Source: Octopus bimaculoides
Lineage: Eukaryota
Assembly (NCBI RefSeq): GCF_001194135.2
Contig: NC_068982.1
Coordinates: forward strand, 56,392,546-56,450,180
Reading direction: 5' to 3'
DNA: 57,635 nucleotides
In this document: positions 12,796-27,029 of the stretch, piece after piece
Layout of the letters: the number at the start of each line of letters is the position of its first letter
Numbering within the stretch: position 1 is the first letter of the stretch
The notes under the pieces: model-generated
What the model saw: only the letters and a program-made list of their open reading frames with translations
The model's database searches: none
Told to the model about the DNA's origin: nothing
Program-made: the position numbers and the translations under genes

Positions 12796-14250
12796 GTATG
12801 TATAACTCATTAACTGTGTGCGTGTACGTGTGCATGTATGTGTGTGTGTATAAGTGTCGTTTTCGTGTGAGTGGGGAGGCGGGTAGAGAGAACGAGAGAA
12901 AAAAAGAGAACTAGTTAAGATATATAAACATTCATATATATATATATANNNNNNNNNNNNNNNNNNNNNNNNNNNNNNNNNNNNNNNNNNNNNNNNNNNN
13001 NNNNNNNNNNATATATATATGGGGAAATATACATTTTACACATATAAACGCATACACTTACTCACATACACAAATATATATGTATATATAAATAGAGAGA
13101 GAGAGAGAGTGAGAGAGAGAGAGAGAGAGAAAGAAAGTGGGAGAGTAAGAGCATTTTGATTCTAGTTTTCTCTTTCCCCAATTGTGTGTGTGTATGTGAG
13201 TGTGTATGTGTGTATATGCGCACACACACATATATATGCGCATGCATTAACATATACATATACACACACCACATATGCTATATTCGAAAGGGATTTTATT
13301 CTCCCATATGCCACTATGTTTATATATGTTTCCAGTTAATACGTTCTGTGTGTGCAGTTCTCCGAGTGCAAGAGGCGTAACTGTGGTTGTATGTGCGTGT
13401 GTATCTTTGTGTGTTTGTGTGTGTTTGCGCGTATGAGCCAATGGCTTTTGTTTCTACTAGGAACAACCAAATCACCCTCATATAAGACTACATTCATTAA
13501 GAAAAAAAGAGCATATTATATCGTGTGGTTTGAGATAAATTATGAAAATTACATTGGTCATGCTTGGAGCTCCTTTAGACAATAGTTTTTCTCCATCAAG
13601 ATCTGACGGGCTGGACCTGGAAGACAAATGATTATGTGGAAGAATAATGAAGCAGTAGAACAATGGATGGATGGGTTAGTCGATGAATCGGAGACGCTAA
13701 GGAACATGTAAAATAGCAGAGGAAATGCAATAAATAAATAAATAAATAAATAAAATAAATATTTAAAATAAAAAAACGAACGTCGAATAGATAAGAGATT
13801 AAACGCCAGAAAAGAGAAACTCTCTCTCGGTCTCCCTCTTTCTCGCTCTAACTCTTCGCGAGTCTCGTGTATTACATGTCTGGCGTCCGTGCATCATAAA
13901 TTATACACATTCCTAATTAATTTAACCATCGGAGTCACTTAGGAATTATGAAAGGAAAGCTTCATATTAACTCAGAGCGTATGAAACAAGGGCCAACTAA
14001 AAGTTTCACAAGATGCATGGACGTTTAGGACAAACTTAATGAAAGTGATTTGGGCAAACAGAGAATTCAGTTCTGCTCTTAAAAATCTCGCTATTATTTG
14101 TCTGATGATGGCGCTTCTGCGTAATAGTTCGACCTGGCATAAATAGTAGTCAAATCTACATTGAACCTCTTCATACCGTCTTAAAAAGGACGGACACATT
14201 GGACGATGTTGTCTAATGTATATTATAACTGAAAAAAAAAAAAAAATGCA

Positions 14251-14397
14251 GACGCTGGCGTGATTGTATGGTAAAAAGCTAGCTTCCCAACCACATGGTT
14301 CCGGGTTCAGTCTCACTGCGAGGTACCTTGGGCAAGTGTCTTCTATTATACCCTCGGGCCGACCACCCAATTATGAATGGATTTGCTAGACAGAAAC
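14251..14397 (+). mobile_element. SINE family B, 5' module running into an N gap
   Basis: ccacatggttccgggttcagtctcactgcgaggtaccttgggcaagtgtcttcta. Confidence 0.85.
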
Positions 14398-15535
14398 NNN
14401 NNNNNNNNNNNNNNNNNNNNNNNNNNNNNNNNNNNNNNNNNNNNNNNNNNNNNNNNNNNNNNNNNNNNNNNNNNNNNNNNNNNNNNNNNNNNNNNNNNNN
14501 NNNNNNNNNNNNNNNNNNNNNNNNNNNNNNNNNNNNNNNNNNNNNNNNNNNNNNNNNNNNNNNNNNNNNNNNNNNNNNNNNNNNNNNNNNNNNNNNNNNN
14601 NNNNNNNNNNNNNNNNNNNNNNNNNNNNNNNNNNNNNNNNNNNNNNNNNNNNNNNNNNNNNNNNNNNNNNNNNNNNNNNNNNNNNNNNNNNNNNNNNNNN
14701 NNNNNNNNNNNNNNNNNNNNNNNNNNNNNNNNNNNNNNNNNNNNNNNNNNNNNNNNNNNNNNNNNNNNNNNNNNNNNNNNNNNNNNNNNNNNNNNNNNNN
14801 NNNNNNNNNNNNNNNNNNNNNNNNNNNNNNNNNNNNNNNNNNNNNNNNNNTTAAACAACAACAATAGCATAACTAATACAATAACAGCTAAATACCATTT
14901 TTAAAAAAAAATCAAGATCCATCACCGTTGTGCATCAATCAATCAATATGTAAGATTAATTTTTTCTGATAATTATTTTATCGATGCTAAGTTGGCAAAA
15001 GGTTAATCCAAACAGTGAACTGAAGAATATTAATCAATGCTAGCTCTATTTACAGTTTTTAATAAAGCCAAAATGACTGCATTAATTTCTTAATTAAACT
15101 TGTTTTGTTTTTTTTTTTGCGATAGGGCATCTATTCAAAAATTATAAATTTGGTGAAGGAAAGAGGAACAGATATTGTCTGTGTCTTCTCAGACTGGGGA
15201 GGTTGATGAGGTTGAAGCGGTTGATGATCAAACCTTAATTTCTCTGGAATGACGCCCATAGTGAAATTATTGGTAGGTAGTGGCGGCGGAGGACGGAATT
15301 TCATTATTACAGAAATATTATTGAAAAAAAAGAAAAAAAAGACATCACAAAAAACAAAACAAAAATAAAACAATATAAAACTGCATTATTACAAAATTCA
15401 TTTGATTTTATCGTGGACTTGAACTCGGAATCATGTGATAACAAAACAAATGTCTTTTAAAGACTTTCGTGCTGTTTTCATCTATGTTTCAAAGATCCGT
15501 TTGCAATATCGGCGATATGATCTAAATACTCCAAT

Positions 15536-15748
15536 ACTGGTTTCATATTTTGCCACAAGGCCAGCAATCTTGGGGCTGCAGGTAAGTCGATTACATCAAT
15601 CTGAGTGTCCATCTGGTATTTATTTTATCGACCCCCGAAAGGATGAAAGACAAAACGGACCACGGAGGTATTTGAATTAATAATGTGAAAAACAGACAAA
15701 ATGCTGCCGAGCATTTTGCCCGGTGTGCTAACGATTCTGCCAGCTCAC
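15536..15748 (-). mobile_element. SINE family A
   Basis: ttttgccacaaggccagc...atcgacccccgaaaggatgaaag...gtgctaacgattctgccagctc. Confidence 0.85.
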
Positions 15749-15943
15749 AACTACTCCAATATTAGCTACAAACATGTTTACATATGCATACATACATAAA
15801 TACACACACGCATGCGCGCGCGTGTATGCATCTGTGTATGAGTGTGTGTGTCTGCAGGTATGTGTGTGTATGCATCTGTGTATGAGTGTGTGTGTCTGCA
15901 GGTATGTGTGTGTATGTGTGTGTGTGCGTATGTGTGTGTGTGC

Positions 15944-15986
<43 letters not shown>

Positions 15987-16177
15987 TGTGTGTGCGTGTT
16001 GAATAGGCCGTTAAAGTCCCAGTCATATCCAGATTATTCATAAATCTTGCACTACTAAACCTGGAGTTCCACCAGCATTAAATATTTTGTTGTTTTCTAC
16101 AAGTTGGTCTACAATACCATATAAGACATCCATCCATCCATCCATCCATCCATCCATCCATCCATACATGCTCATGT

Positions 16178-16217
<40 letters not shown>

Positions 16218-16647
16218 ACACACACATACACACATGCATATTTCGAGAGATGGATGATTTAAATGAGAGCTGGAAATGAGATTATGTGATGTTCAAGCAT
16301 TTCTCAATGGCATTAATCATACTAGAGATGTAGAGTGTAGGAAGAATTGGAGAAAAGTAAAATAAAAATGTACGTTTGCTTAAGTTTTATTTTATAATTT
16401 TATTTCTATTTATTGAAATTTATTTTCTTGAATTCGAAAAGTATTTCTCAGTGGGGCGGGGCTGTGATGACTAGAAAGGTGACGGACAAATTGTTATGTT
16501 TAATAAAACTGTGGTGTGTTTTTTTGTTTTTTTTAAATAAAATTTGCCAAATATTGTGACAGAAAAAGATGAATTATTTAGAAACAAACTTAATTTTTAC
16601 TTCTCATTACTAACAAGATTAACTATCATCTATATCAGGATGGGGGG

Positions 16648-16989
16648 TGGGTTCTCAACCATCTTTACCCATAGATCCCTTTGATTACTATTCAATTGTG
16701 GTGACCCCCTCTCCCACCAGTCATTCAATATTCAAAAACTAGTTTCATAGAAATTTCTTTCAAAATCTTTATTTCGTTTTTCACACATTCATTTGTGTAG
16801 GTTGAACTATGTAAAACATGAGAGAAAGAAACTTAGCTGTTTCTTGCAATACATACAAATAGATAGATCGAAAACAAAATCTCTTTCTATGGATCCTTAA
16901 AATGCTATTGTGTATTCCCAATTTACTCTTTCGTTACGTGGACCCCAAAAAATCTCAGGGCCTATATGAACCCTGGTTGAGAACCATTG
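16648..16989. mobile_element. hAT-type MITE (same family as 7741-8076, opposite orientation)
   Basis: ggttctcaacc...ggttgagaaccattg ends, with internal similarity to 7741-8076. Confidence 0.7.
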
Positions 16990-16994
16990 ATCTA

Positions 16995-17457
16995 TACGCT
17001 TCTGTTGTCATTCGTACGACATTGTATGCAAGTGAAACATGGAGGAAGACTGGCAAGATTTGTAAAATGGGGGGTGATTTTCATCGCCGGTGCCTCAGAA
17101 ATATTCTTAAGATCATCTGGCGTGACCACATCTCAAACAATGAAATCATGAGAAGAGTTGACTTAAGTAAACTGTAAGCCACCATCAAAGCTAGACGAAA
17201 GAAACTGCTTGGTTATATATTGCGCATAGTATTGGGGAGATGTGAAGGGACAGCCATCGAACTGACAGTTGGAGGACGGAGAAGGAGAGACAGGCCGGTG
17301 AAGAAGTGTCAAAGGAATATAGAGGAAGACTTGACCGAGACGGGTGTCATCTAGAAAGAAGAGTGCAGTTTATCTCAGAAAAGTATCACTTCAAAACTCT
17401 CATCGTCCAATGTTTTACGAGCAAACGGAGACAACATAACATAACATAACATAACAT
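16995..17457 (+). mobile_element. RTE-clade LINE, 3' fragment
   Basis: LYASETW...FHRRCLRNILKIIWRDHISNNEIMRR...GRRRRDRP matches the RTE RT C-terminus. It ends in an (aacat)n tail. Confidence 0.85.
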
Positions 17458-17510
17458 TAATAAACAGATAGGAGATAGCAAAAATTTCATTAATATTTTA
17501 GAGTAGGTTG

Positions 17511-17710
17511 ACGGCGGCGAGCTGGTAGAATCGGTAGCACTCCAGACAAAATGTTTAACGGTATATCGTCCGTCTTTACGTTCTGAGTCCTAATTACGTC
17601 AAGGTCGACTTTGGATTTCATCCTTTCAAGGTCGTAAAAATAAGTACCAGCTGAGCAGTTATTTCATCCTTAGAAATTGCTGACATTGTGCCAAAATTTG
17701 AATCCAATAT
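17511..17710 (+). mobile_element. SINE family A
   Basis: ggcggcgagctggtagaatcgg...gtcgactttggatttcatcctttc...tgtgccaaaatttgaa. Confidence 0.85.
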
Positions 17711-18182
17711 CTTACGATAGGTCTAATGTTTGTCGCTTTGAGAAACATTTAATTAAGACAATGTGAGAATGATGATTGGAGAAAAGACGGGTTCGCTAGC
17801 TTGTTCTGGGATCAGGGTATAATAAAACTTAACACTTGAAGAATATAGAAAAATGTCGAATGCCAGTAAAAGAGTCAGAGATGGAAAACGTCATGTTTGT
17901 AGTCCAGTGAATATAGTGCATTTGTGAATGAGATCTTTGTTAATCAACTACAGTCGTATTCTTTAGATGCAGAGTGATATGGTTTTGTATATAAGCCGCA
18001 ACAATAACATCACAGGTGCATGAAGGACACTTGAGAGTTTGTCAGCGGTCAGCAGCTGGTCACTCTCCTCGGATACGAGATTCAAATTTACAATCTATTC
18101 AGCTGCATATATAGTGTATCATTAACTGCCACACACACACACACACACACACACTTGAATACATGTATGTATTATACATACA

Positions 18183-18213
<31 letters not shown>

Positions 18214-18241
18214 GCTTATGTATATGTGTGCATATGATGCT

Positions 18242-18281
<40 letters not shown>

Positions 18282-18522
18282 TGTGTGCGTGTGTGTGTGT
18301 GTGTGGCCTGATTAACAGAAATAGTCAAAACAATGCAAAATGAGACATTGCTGGGTTTCTAAAGTGAAAATACGTCTTGGGAGGTGAACTATTTCAATCG
18401 TATCTTCTCTCCCCAACCAAACTCAACAACATTACAGCGACCACCAAAAAATAATGAAACAGCCACATAAATTGTCTTCTCCTCCTTCTCCTTATTATCA
18501 CTGCTTCCTTATTTTCCCCCTC

Positions 18523-18572
<50 letters not shown>

Positions 18573-19048
18573 TCTCTCTCATATGTATTGTCTCTTTCTT
18601 GCTAAAAAGAAAAAGAACAAAAAACTACAATCAATTATAGTTCGAGTAAACATTTGCCATTTCAAATAACCAACTGAACTCATCTCAATTCGAGGCTGCT
18701 TCCGTTCTTTCCCTTTCTATTTCTACTTTCTTTCTTTCCTTTTCTTCTTGTAGTTTATTTATTGCTTTTCGTTCTTTTCATCTTTTCTTTGCTTTCGTAT
18801 TTTAATATATATGTGTGTCTGTGTGTGTGTATGTTTCGACTGCCTTTTTCTTTCGTTTGTCCACTCACATGTGTATGTATGTATATATATATATGCACAA
18901 ATGAGTGGACAAACGAAAGAAAAAGGCAGCTAAAACATTTAGTAGGAGTTATATTAAAACAGTTTGATTCGGCTCGATGTGCGGTCCTCTAACACAAGCC
19001 CGTCTCTTTTAGGTTTTAGATTACATCAATATTTATATATAAACAAAC

Positions 19049-19124
<76 letters not shown>

Positions 19125-19914
19125 NNNNNNNNNNNNNNNNNNNNNNNNNNNNNNNNNNNNNNNNNNNNNNNNNNNNNNNNNNNNNNNNNNNNNNNNNNNN
19201 NNNNNNNNNNNNNNNNNNNNNNNNNNNNNNNNNNNNNNNNNNNNNNNNNNNNNNNNNNNNNNNNNNNNNNNNNNNNNNNNNNNNNNNNNNNNNNNNNNNN
19301 NNNNNNNNNNNNNNNNNNNNNNNNNNNNNNNNNNNNNNNNNNNNNNNNNNNNNNNNNNNNNNNNNNNNNNNNNNNNNNNNNNNNNNNNNNNNNNNNNNNN
19401 NNNNNNNNNNNNNNNNNNNNNNNNNNNNNNNNNNNNNNNNNNNNNNNNNNNNNNNNNNNNNNNNNNNNNNNNNNNNNNNNNNNNNNNNNNNNNNNNNNNN
19501 NNNNNNNNNNNNNNNNNNNNNNNNNNNNNNNNNNNNNNNNNNNNNNNNNNNNNNNNNNNNNNNNNNNNNNNNNNNNNNNNNNNNNNNNNNNNNNNNNNNN
19601 NNNNNNNNNNNNNNNNNNNNNNNNNNNNNNNNNNNNNNNNNNNNNNNNNNNNNNNNNNNNNNNNNNNNNNNNNNNNNNNNNNNNNNNNNNNNNNNNNNNN
19701 NNNNNNNNNNNNNNNNNNNNNNNNNNNNNNNNNNNNNNNNNNNNNNNNNNNNNNNNNNNNNNNNNNNNNNNNNNNNNNNNNNNNNNNNNNNNNNNNNNNN
19801 NNNNNNNNNNNNNNNNNNNNNNNNNNNNNNNNNNNNNNNNNNNNNNNNNNNNNNNNNNNNNNNNNNNNNNNNNNNNNNNNNNNNNNNNNNNNNNNNNNNN
19901 NNNNNNNNNNNNNN

Positions 19915-19959
<45 letters not shown>

Positions 19960-19968
19960 TAAGCGCGA

Positions 19969-20030
19969 CTGTGCCTGTGTTTGCTCCCCACCACCATCGC
20001 TTGACAACCGATGTTGGTGTGTTTACGTCC
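19969..20030 (+). mobile_element. SINE family B, start of the 3' module after a microsatellite/N gap
   Basis: catcgcttgacaaccgatgttggtgtgtttacgtcc. Confidence 0.7.
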
Positions 20031-20039
20031 TTGCATCCT

Positions 20040-20750
20040 AGAAGTTCTCGTTTTCTGAAAGAGTAGCGTTTTGGACTTCCGGACAAAATGCTTGGTAGCT
20101 TTTGGTCTGTCTTAATGTTCTGAGTTCAAATTCCGCCGAGAACGACTTTGACATTCATCCTTTTGGAGTTGATAAAATAAGTACTAGTTGAGTACTGGAG
20201 TCAAGGCAATCGACTTACCCCCTCAACAGAAATTGCTGGTCCTGTGCCAAAATTGGAAATCAATATAAATATTAAGGCGGCGAACTGGCAGAATCATTAG
20301 CACGCTGGGCGAAATGCTTAGCGGCATTTCGTCTGACGCTACGCTCTGAGTTCAAATTCCACCGAGGTCGACTTTGCCTTTCATCCTTTCGAGGTCGGTA
20401 AAATAAGTACCAGTGAAATACTGGGGTCGATGTAATCGACTAGTCCTCTCCCCTAAAATTTCAGGCCTTGTGTCTGCTATAGTAAAAAGGATTATTGTTA
20501 TTATCAGGATGCTGATAAAGACAAGAAGCAGGCAGAACTGTTACAGCGCCGGAAAAATGCTTAACGGCATTTCATCCGGCTCAACATTCTGAGTTCAAGT
20601 TCCGCCGAGGCTGACTTTGCCTTTCATCTTTTCGAGGACTATAAAATGAAAACCAGTTGAATACTGGGGTCGATTTAATCGACTTATTCCCTCCTCCAAA
20701 ATGCTGGCCTCGTGCCAAAATTTGAAATCATCATCATCATCATTATTATT
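20040..20750 (+). mobile_element. Head-to-tail array of three SINE family A copies
   Basis: Three successive ttctgagttcaa...gactttgcc(t)ttcatc...ctggggtcgat bodies, each ending in att/atc-rich tails. Confidence 0.9.
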
Positions 20751-21607
20751 GATTCTCATTTTATTCGGAAGCATTCAAATTAATTTTGTGTTTAGAAAAT
20801 CATAAAGGTCACAAGTTAGCACTTTCTTATTAATAGAACTCTTAGATTTCCTTCCTATACAAACTACAATAGACGTCCATTTTTCTTTATGTCAGTTCGT
20901 TTTAATATCTCGTTTTTTGTTTGTTGGTTATATTTTTTTCAACATACATGTGTATTTGTAAATGTAATTACATACATTTATATGTAAGTGTATGCGCGTA
21001 TGTGTGTCTCTATGTGTGTGAACGCGAATGTGAATGGGAATGTGTGAGTATGTGTGCATATTGTATGCCAGCCTAAATGAATACATTTATGCGTGCGAGT
21101 GTGTTCCTGCTTAATTGAATGAGTGTATATTTGCGCGTAGTATTTGTACGTGTCTCAGTGTAGCTGTCTACATACATATGATGTGCGTGGATATCTTCAA
21201 TCGGATTTTTCTCATGCAGTCGTTGTATATCCTCTCTTTTCTTGTCTCGCACAGTACACTTTCTTCTTCACTGCCTACTTCCATATCTTTTCCAATTCCT
21301 TTCGTGCATATATGTGCGCATGTGCGTAAATACGTATGTATGCCTATGTGTGACGTTATGTGTATCTGTGTGTAACAACGTGAGACTTTCGTATATAAGT
21401 GGTTCTATGTTTCTAGATAGTTCTAAGAAGCCTTTTTTTTTTTTAACATTTACTGAAATTATTATATGATGTACTCGTTATTTCAAGAATCTATTTTTAG
21501 TTGGTAGCAATGATAAATCACCGAAGTGCTATGTTGTTTGGTGGCTATTAGAGCAGAGAAGGGGGATTAAAAATGTACAAGAGGTACATACATACATACA
21601 CACATAC

Positions 21608-21822
21608 TCTCTTTTACTCTTTTTACTTGTTTCAGTCATTTGGCTGCGGCCATGCTGGAGCACCGCGTTTAGTCGAGCAAATCGATCCCAGGACTTATTC
21701 TTTGTATGCCTAGTACTTATTCTATCGGTCTCTTTTGCCGACCCGCTAAGTTACGGGAACATAAACACACCAGCATCGGTTGTCAAGCAATGCTAGGGGG
21801 ACAAACACAGACACACAAACAC

Positions 21823-21856
<34 letters not shown>

Positions 21857-22018
21857 GACGGGCTTCTTTCAGTTTCCGTCTACCAAATCCACTCACAAGG
21901 CTTTGGTCGGCCCGAGGCTATAGTAGAAGACACCTGCCCAAGATGCCACGCAGTGGGACTGAACCAAGAACCATGTGGTTGGTAAGCAAGCTACTTACCA
22001 CACAACCACTCCTGCGCC
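21608..22018 (-). mobile_element. SINE family B, full length (tRNA-derived, CORE-like, internal microsatellite)
   Basis: On the minus strand: ggcgcaggagtgg...ggttcttggttcagtccc (A/B boxes), catcttgggcaggtgtctt (CORE-like), (TA)n(TG)n, the 3' module, and a (gagtaaaa)n-like tail. Confidence 0.92.
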
Positions 22019-22105
22019 TACACAAATTTACGTACATAAAGTATATTGGTATGTATAGTTGTATACACGAACTCTCACAAGTACGTGTGTGTTTATACTC
22101 GTATA

Positions 22106-22325
22106 TTTTATCATTTCTCTGCTTCAGTCATTAGACTGCAGCCAAGCTGGGGCACCGCCACGAGGGGTTTAGTCGAACTAATTGACACCAGTACGTATGT
22201 TTTTAAAGCATGGTACTTATTCTTTTGGATTCTTATTGGCGAACAGGGGACGTAAACAAACCAACACTGGTTCTCAAGCGGAGGTAGGAGACAAACACAA
22301 TAGCGCGCGCACACACACACCGTAT
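22106..22325 (-). mobile_element. SINE family B, 3' module
   Basis: cagtcattagactgcagccaagctggggcaccgcc...tacttattc...gggacgtaaac. Confidence 0.8.
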
Positions 22326-23657
22326 AATACACATGTATATATATGTGTATGTGTGTGTATATTTATATATATATATATATACATATATATGTGTGTGAGA
22401 AAGTTGGTATGTGAAAGCACGTGGTTGGATGTATAAAATATAATAAGAGTGAAAAAACTACAGAAGGCTTGTGTTACATGGTTAAAGTATATATTTAAAT
22501 TATGTCAGAAAAATGTTATAAATTTTTTTTGGTATATAAACATTGTATTTGGAAAAATAACCGGTTTCGTGTTGTCTTTTCAAATTTCTCTACTGCATTG
22601 TAACATGTGTACGTTCCCGTGTGAAAAAAAAGAGTTCTAGATAGGGGAGGTAATTAGGGATTTCTTCCGGTATAAGGGAGATAATCGAAATGTAGGAGGT
22701 GGTAGATTTTGATTAATTTACCATGGTTTGGTTTAGAAGGAATAGTATGTTAGGTTTTGTTCTATATTTTTTTCCCTCTCAGTGGGGTGATGAATTTCCT
22801 TATTTAAATGTGTTAGCAATGGTTAAGTTTGGGTTTGTATTTTTGAATGAAGAAGGTTTCCTTATTTAATCTAATTTGTGTTGGTGTTCTAATGGCACAT
22901 TGATAGAATGGAAAGATTATAAATTGTGGTAGCATTTGTTTTGCGCATTTCTCAATATGCTCACTAAAGGGTATCANNNNNNNNNNNNNNNNNNNNNNNN
23001 NNNNNNNNNNNNNNNNNNNNNNNNNNNNNNNNNNNNNNNNNNNNNNNNNNNNNNNNNNNNNNNNNNNNNNNNNNNNNNNNNNNNNNNNNNNNNNNNNNNN
23101 NNNNNNNNNNNNNNNNNNNNNNNNNNNNNNNNNNNNNNNNNNNNNNNNNNNNNNNNNNNNNNNNNNNNNNNNNNNNNNNNNNNNNNNNNNNNNNNNNNNN
23201 NNNNNNNNNNNNNNNNNNNNNNNNNNNNNNNNNNNNNNNNNNNNNNNNNNNNNNNNNNNNNNNNNNNNNNNNNNNNNNNNNNNNNNNNNNNNNNNNNNNN
23301 NNNNNNNNNNNNNNNNNNNNNNNNNNNNNNNNNNNNNNNNNNNNNNNNNNNNNNNNNNNNNNNNNNNNNNNNNNNNNNNNNNNNNNNNNNNNNNNNNNNN
23401 NNNNNNNNNNNNNNNNNNNNNNNNNNNNNNNNNNNNNNNNNNNNNNNNNNNNNNNNNNNNNNNNNNNNNNNNNNNNNNNNNNNNNNNNNNNNNNNNNNNN
23501 NNNNNNNNNNNNNNNNNNNNNNNNNNNNNNNNNNNNNNNNNNNNNNNNNNNNNNNNNNNNNNNNNNNNNNNNNNNNNNNNNNNNNNNNNNNNNNNNNNNN
23601 NNNNNNNNNNNNNNNNNNNNNNNNNNNNNNNNNNNNNNNNNNNNNNNNNNNNNNNNN

Positions 23658-23716
<59 letters not shown>

Positions 23717-23949
23717 TGTATATGACTCTTCATTGTTGTCACCGAAACGAGAGAGTCAATCTATATAACACATCTTTGTTTTGTTTTTTTCTCCGCACCA
23801 AATTTTTTATTTCTAATTCACTTGAAGAAAACGGTTTCCTTCGTGATACAATCGAAATATTAATAAAATACGAGTCTGAAACAAATGTAATGAACCTTAG
23901 CCCATCTGTGTTCTTTTTCATATGTATATGTATCACATACACACACACA

Positions 23950-24096
23950 CTCACCAAATCCACGGACAAAGGTTGGTCGGCCGGGTCTATGATAGAAGGC
24001 ACTCGCCCAAGGCGTTACGTTGTGGAACTGAAACCCAGGATCATGTGATTAGGAAGCAAGCATGTACGCGTTTTACCATACACCCATGTTGCGCCT
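23950..24096 (-). mobile_element. SINE family B, 5' module
   Basis: accaaatccac...ggtcggcc...gcccaaggcg...gaactgaaacccagg. Confidence 0.75.
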
Positions 24097-25399
24097 ATAT
24101 ATATATAACGCGACTCTCTCTATCTCTATCTCTATCTCCCACTCTCATTCTTCCCTCTACTGTTCTTCGCCTCTCCCTGTCACTACTATCTCTCTCTTTC
24201 TCTCTCTCTCTCTCTCGCTGCTCGTCCTTCGCCTCCCACTGTTACTACTACTATCTCTTTCCCTCTCTACCTCTCGTTGCTCATTTTCGTTCGTGGACTC
24301 CTCAAGCTCGCACGTACGTCTTTGCCCCTCCTGTTCGTGCTTCACAGCGTTCAATACATATACACTTCACGTCTGGCTGTACAGCTTTTTTGTTTGTTTA
24401 TTTCACCCTTTCGTTTTCCTGTCTTGTTTTCCGTCCGCCANNNNNNNNNNNNNNNNNNNNNNNNNNNNNNNNNNNNNNNNNNNNNNNNNNNNNNNNNNNN
24501 NNNNNNNNNNNNNNNNNNNNNNNNNNNNNNNNNNNNNNNNNNNNNNNNNNNNNNNNNNNNNNNNNNNNNNNNNNNNNNNNNNNNNNNNNNNNNNNNNNNN
24601 NNNNNNNNNNNNNNNNNNNNNNNNNNNNNNNNNNNNNNNNNNNNNNNNNNNNNNNNNNNNNNNNNNNNNNNNNNNNNNNNNNNNNNNNNNNNNNNNNNNN
24701 NNNNNNNNNNNNNNNNNNNNNNNNNNNNTATATATATATATATATATATATCAGATAGATAGATAGTTAGATATGGATTGCTTTATATATCTATGTGTAA
24801 AGTGTAGGTAAGTACATTCATGTGCATGAAAGCATATATACATATACGTGTTTGAATGTAACCAAAGGCTGTTGAATGTACTCTTCTACAAGATATTGGT
24901 GTCACATCTCTCTGTACTAGTACTTTTCTACATCTGAATGTATCCATCTGCCTACATGTGCATGTGTTTATACACCACAGCATGTATATGCAAGTGTCAG
25001 ACTGATGTGTGTCTTTTTATGAATATACAGTATAGTTGTTTGAAAGCCGTATTCTGTGGCGTGTATAATGGAATGGATGTACGCGGTCACGTAGGTTAAT
25101 TCGGAATTAATTTTTTATTCGTCGAAGCAGAGCAATCTTCGATATGATTTAATATGTTTCTCGATTCTTCATTTACTTTTCTAGGTAATGGAATCGATTA
25201 TTTTTCTCCGAAACAAAAAAAAAAAAAAAAAAAAAAAAAAAAGATACTTATCTTCCATCAAATTTCTAATGTAATATTATTTCACCAGAGAAGAAGGAAA
25301 AGAATGTTAGATTTTTGAAGCAAATAGATTAGCTTGCAAACTAGCTGTGACTGTAACTTGATAAATAACTAGGAATATATATATACAGTTATGAATTAC

Positions 25400-25509
25400 A
25401 TATATATACATGTATATGTATGTATGTATGTATGTATGTATGCATGTATGTATGTATGTATTATGTATGCATGTATGTATAGGTGTGTGTGTATGTATAC
25501 ACACACAGG

Positions 25510-25540
<31 letters not shown>

Positions 25541-25723
25541 TGAAAGAGAGACAAAGAGGAAGAGAGAAAGAGAGGAAGAGAGAAAGAGAGGAAGAGAGAA
25601 AGAGAGATAGAAGCAAGTAGATAGATTGAGAGATAGGTAAGAAGGTTACTAGCTAGGTATGTAGGTTGTTAAACAAATATAGCAATTAGCCAGCTAGCCA
25701 TATACCTAGTTAGTAAGTCAGTC

Positions 25724-25769
<46 letters not shown>

Positions 25770-25774
25770 GTAAT

Positions 25775-25848
<74 letters not shown>
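25400..25848. repeat. Compound microsatellite (TATG)n-(GA)n-(TAGT)n-(TAGA)n
   Basis: Directly visible, with stepwise motif changes. Confidence 0.95.
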
Positions 25849-25849
<1 letters not shown>

Positions 25850-26599
25850 CCGTGCATGTATTGTATTCATGCTTACATATATGCTCGGAATATATATGCA
25901 TATAGAAATGTAAAAAGTTCCACATTCTCCAGGAAAACATCCATGATCATGTTCCAAATATAGCAGATGTATATACAAGCATATTTCCTTGGCTAGCTAT
26001 TACATGAACAACAACTGGGGCTAAACGTCCACTAGGAAAATAACTATGCCAATAGCTTACAGAGATTTTATATATAAATGCTACCAAGTTGTTTGGCGTA
26101 GTTAGGGACGGATAAATAGGGGATAAAGAGAGAGAGAGAGAAGTAGGTGGAGGAAGAATTTGGTAGTGTGCCAAAACGTAGTTTATAAACAGAAAATCTG
26201 AAGGACGTTTACCTTTCATGAAAAGCTGACTAACTTCTAAAAAATATGAAAAGACGAAACAGAGTTCAAAGAAATTAATTGTGATCTACTTGAGCAACCT
26301 TTCCTAACCCGATCGCCAATCCTACCCAAATGATAAAAGTTGCTTGGGGTCAGGTTCTGTGTCGAATTCTCAACAGAAGGAAAATGAAAATTCGAAGGTC
26401 CTACTTCATTCACTTTCCGCTAACTCAGCTTGCAGTAGAATGTGCACTAATACAAGATTGCCATCTTCATAGTATGGATCTATATTATTGGACATACCTC
26501 ATATTAGTTTCATCAGCTATACTCTCCCGTGCTGGCTAGGAACATTGGAAGAAGGAATCAATGTTAACTCATTTTATTCCCCACCACCTTTTTTTTTTT

Positions 26600-26877
26600 T
26601 TACTGAGATTGGGGTTTGTCATGGGTTCTAGGTCTCATAAGGCCTGACCCTAACCCGGTTTCCACGGAGTATAAGTGACGGAGATTGCGACACTCCCTTT
26701 TGAATGGGATGACGGTCCGTTGCAGGGTCAACTTCTCGTTAATTGCTGGAAACTCGTTTACTGGAGCAACGTGAAATGAAGTGTTTTTGCACAAGAACAC
26801 AACGCATCGCCCGATCTAGGAATCGAAACCACGACCTTACGATCATGAGTGTAATTCCCTAAACATTAGCCAACGTG
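26600..26877 (-). mobile_element. Diverged SINE family C copy
   Basis: The reverse complement contains catgatcgtaaggtcgtggtttcgattcc...cacttcatttcacgttgctcc, as in 10653-10919. Confidence 0.8.
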
Positions 26878-27029
26878 TTTTCACGAATTTTATAGGACAA
26901 AATATAATTGTGCTAATGAAGTCGGTTCTCCAGCTCAGCCTTGTCTGTGATGTTTAAATCTACACTAAACAATATGCATGAACACAAACACACACAAGGC
27001 CAGGGGTAAGTCTAAACCGGTACATACGT

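Noticed and set aside
13972-14235. 88-codon minus-strand open frame after a poly-T acceptor (IIYIRQHRPMCPSF...)
   Set aside because: No recognisable homology and no good donor. The poly-T is the A-rich flank of a SINE, and ORFs of this length are expected by chance in this much sequence.
25715-25770. (TTAG)n as a telomeric repeat
   Set aside because: It is a tetranucleotide array grading into (TAGA)n, not TTAGGG.
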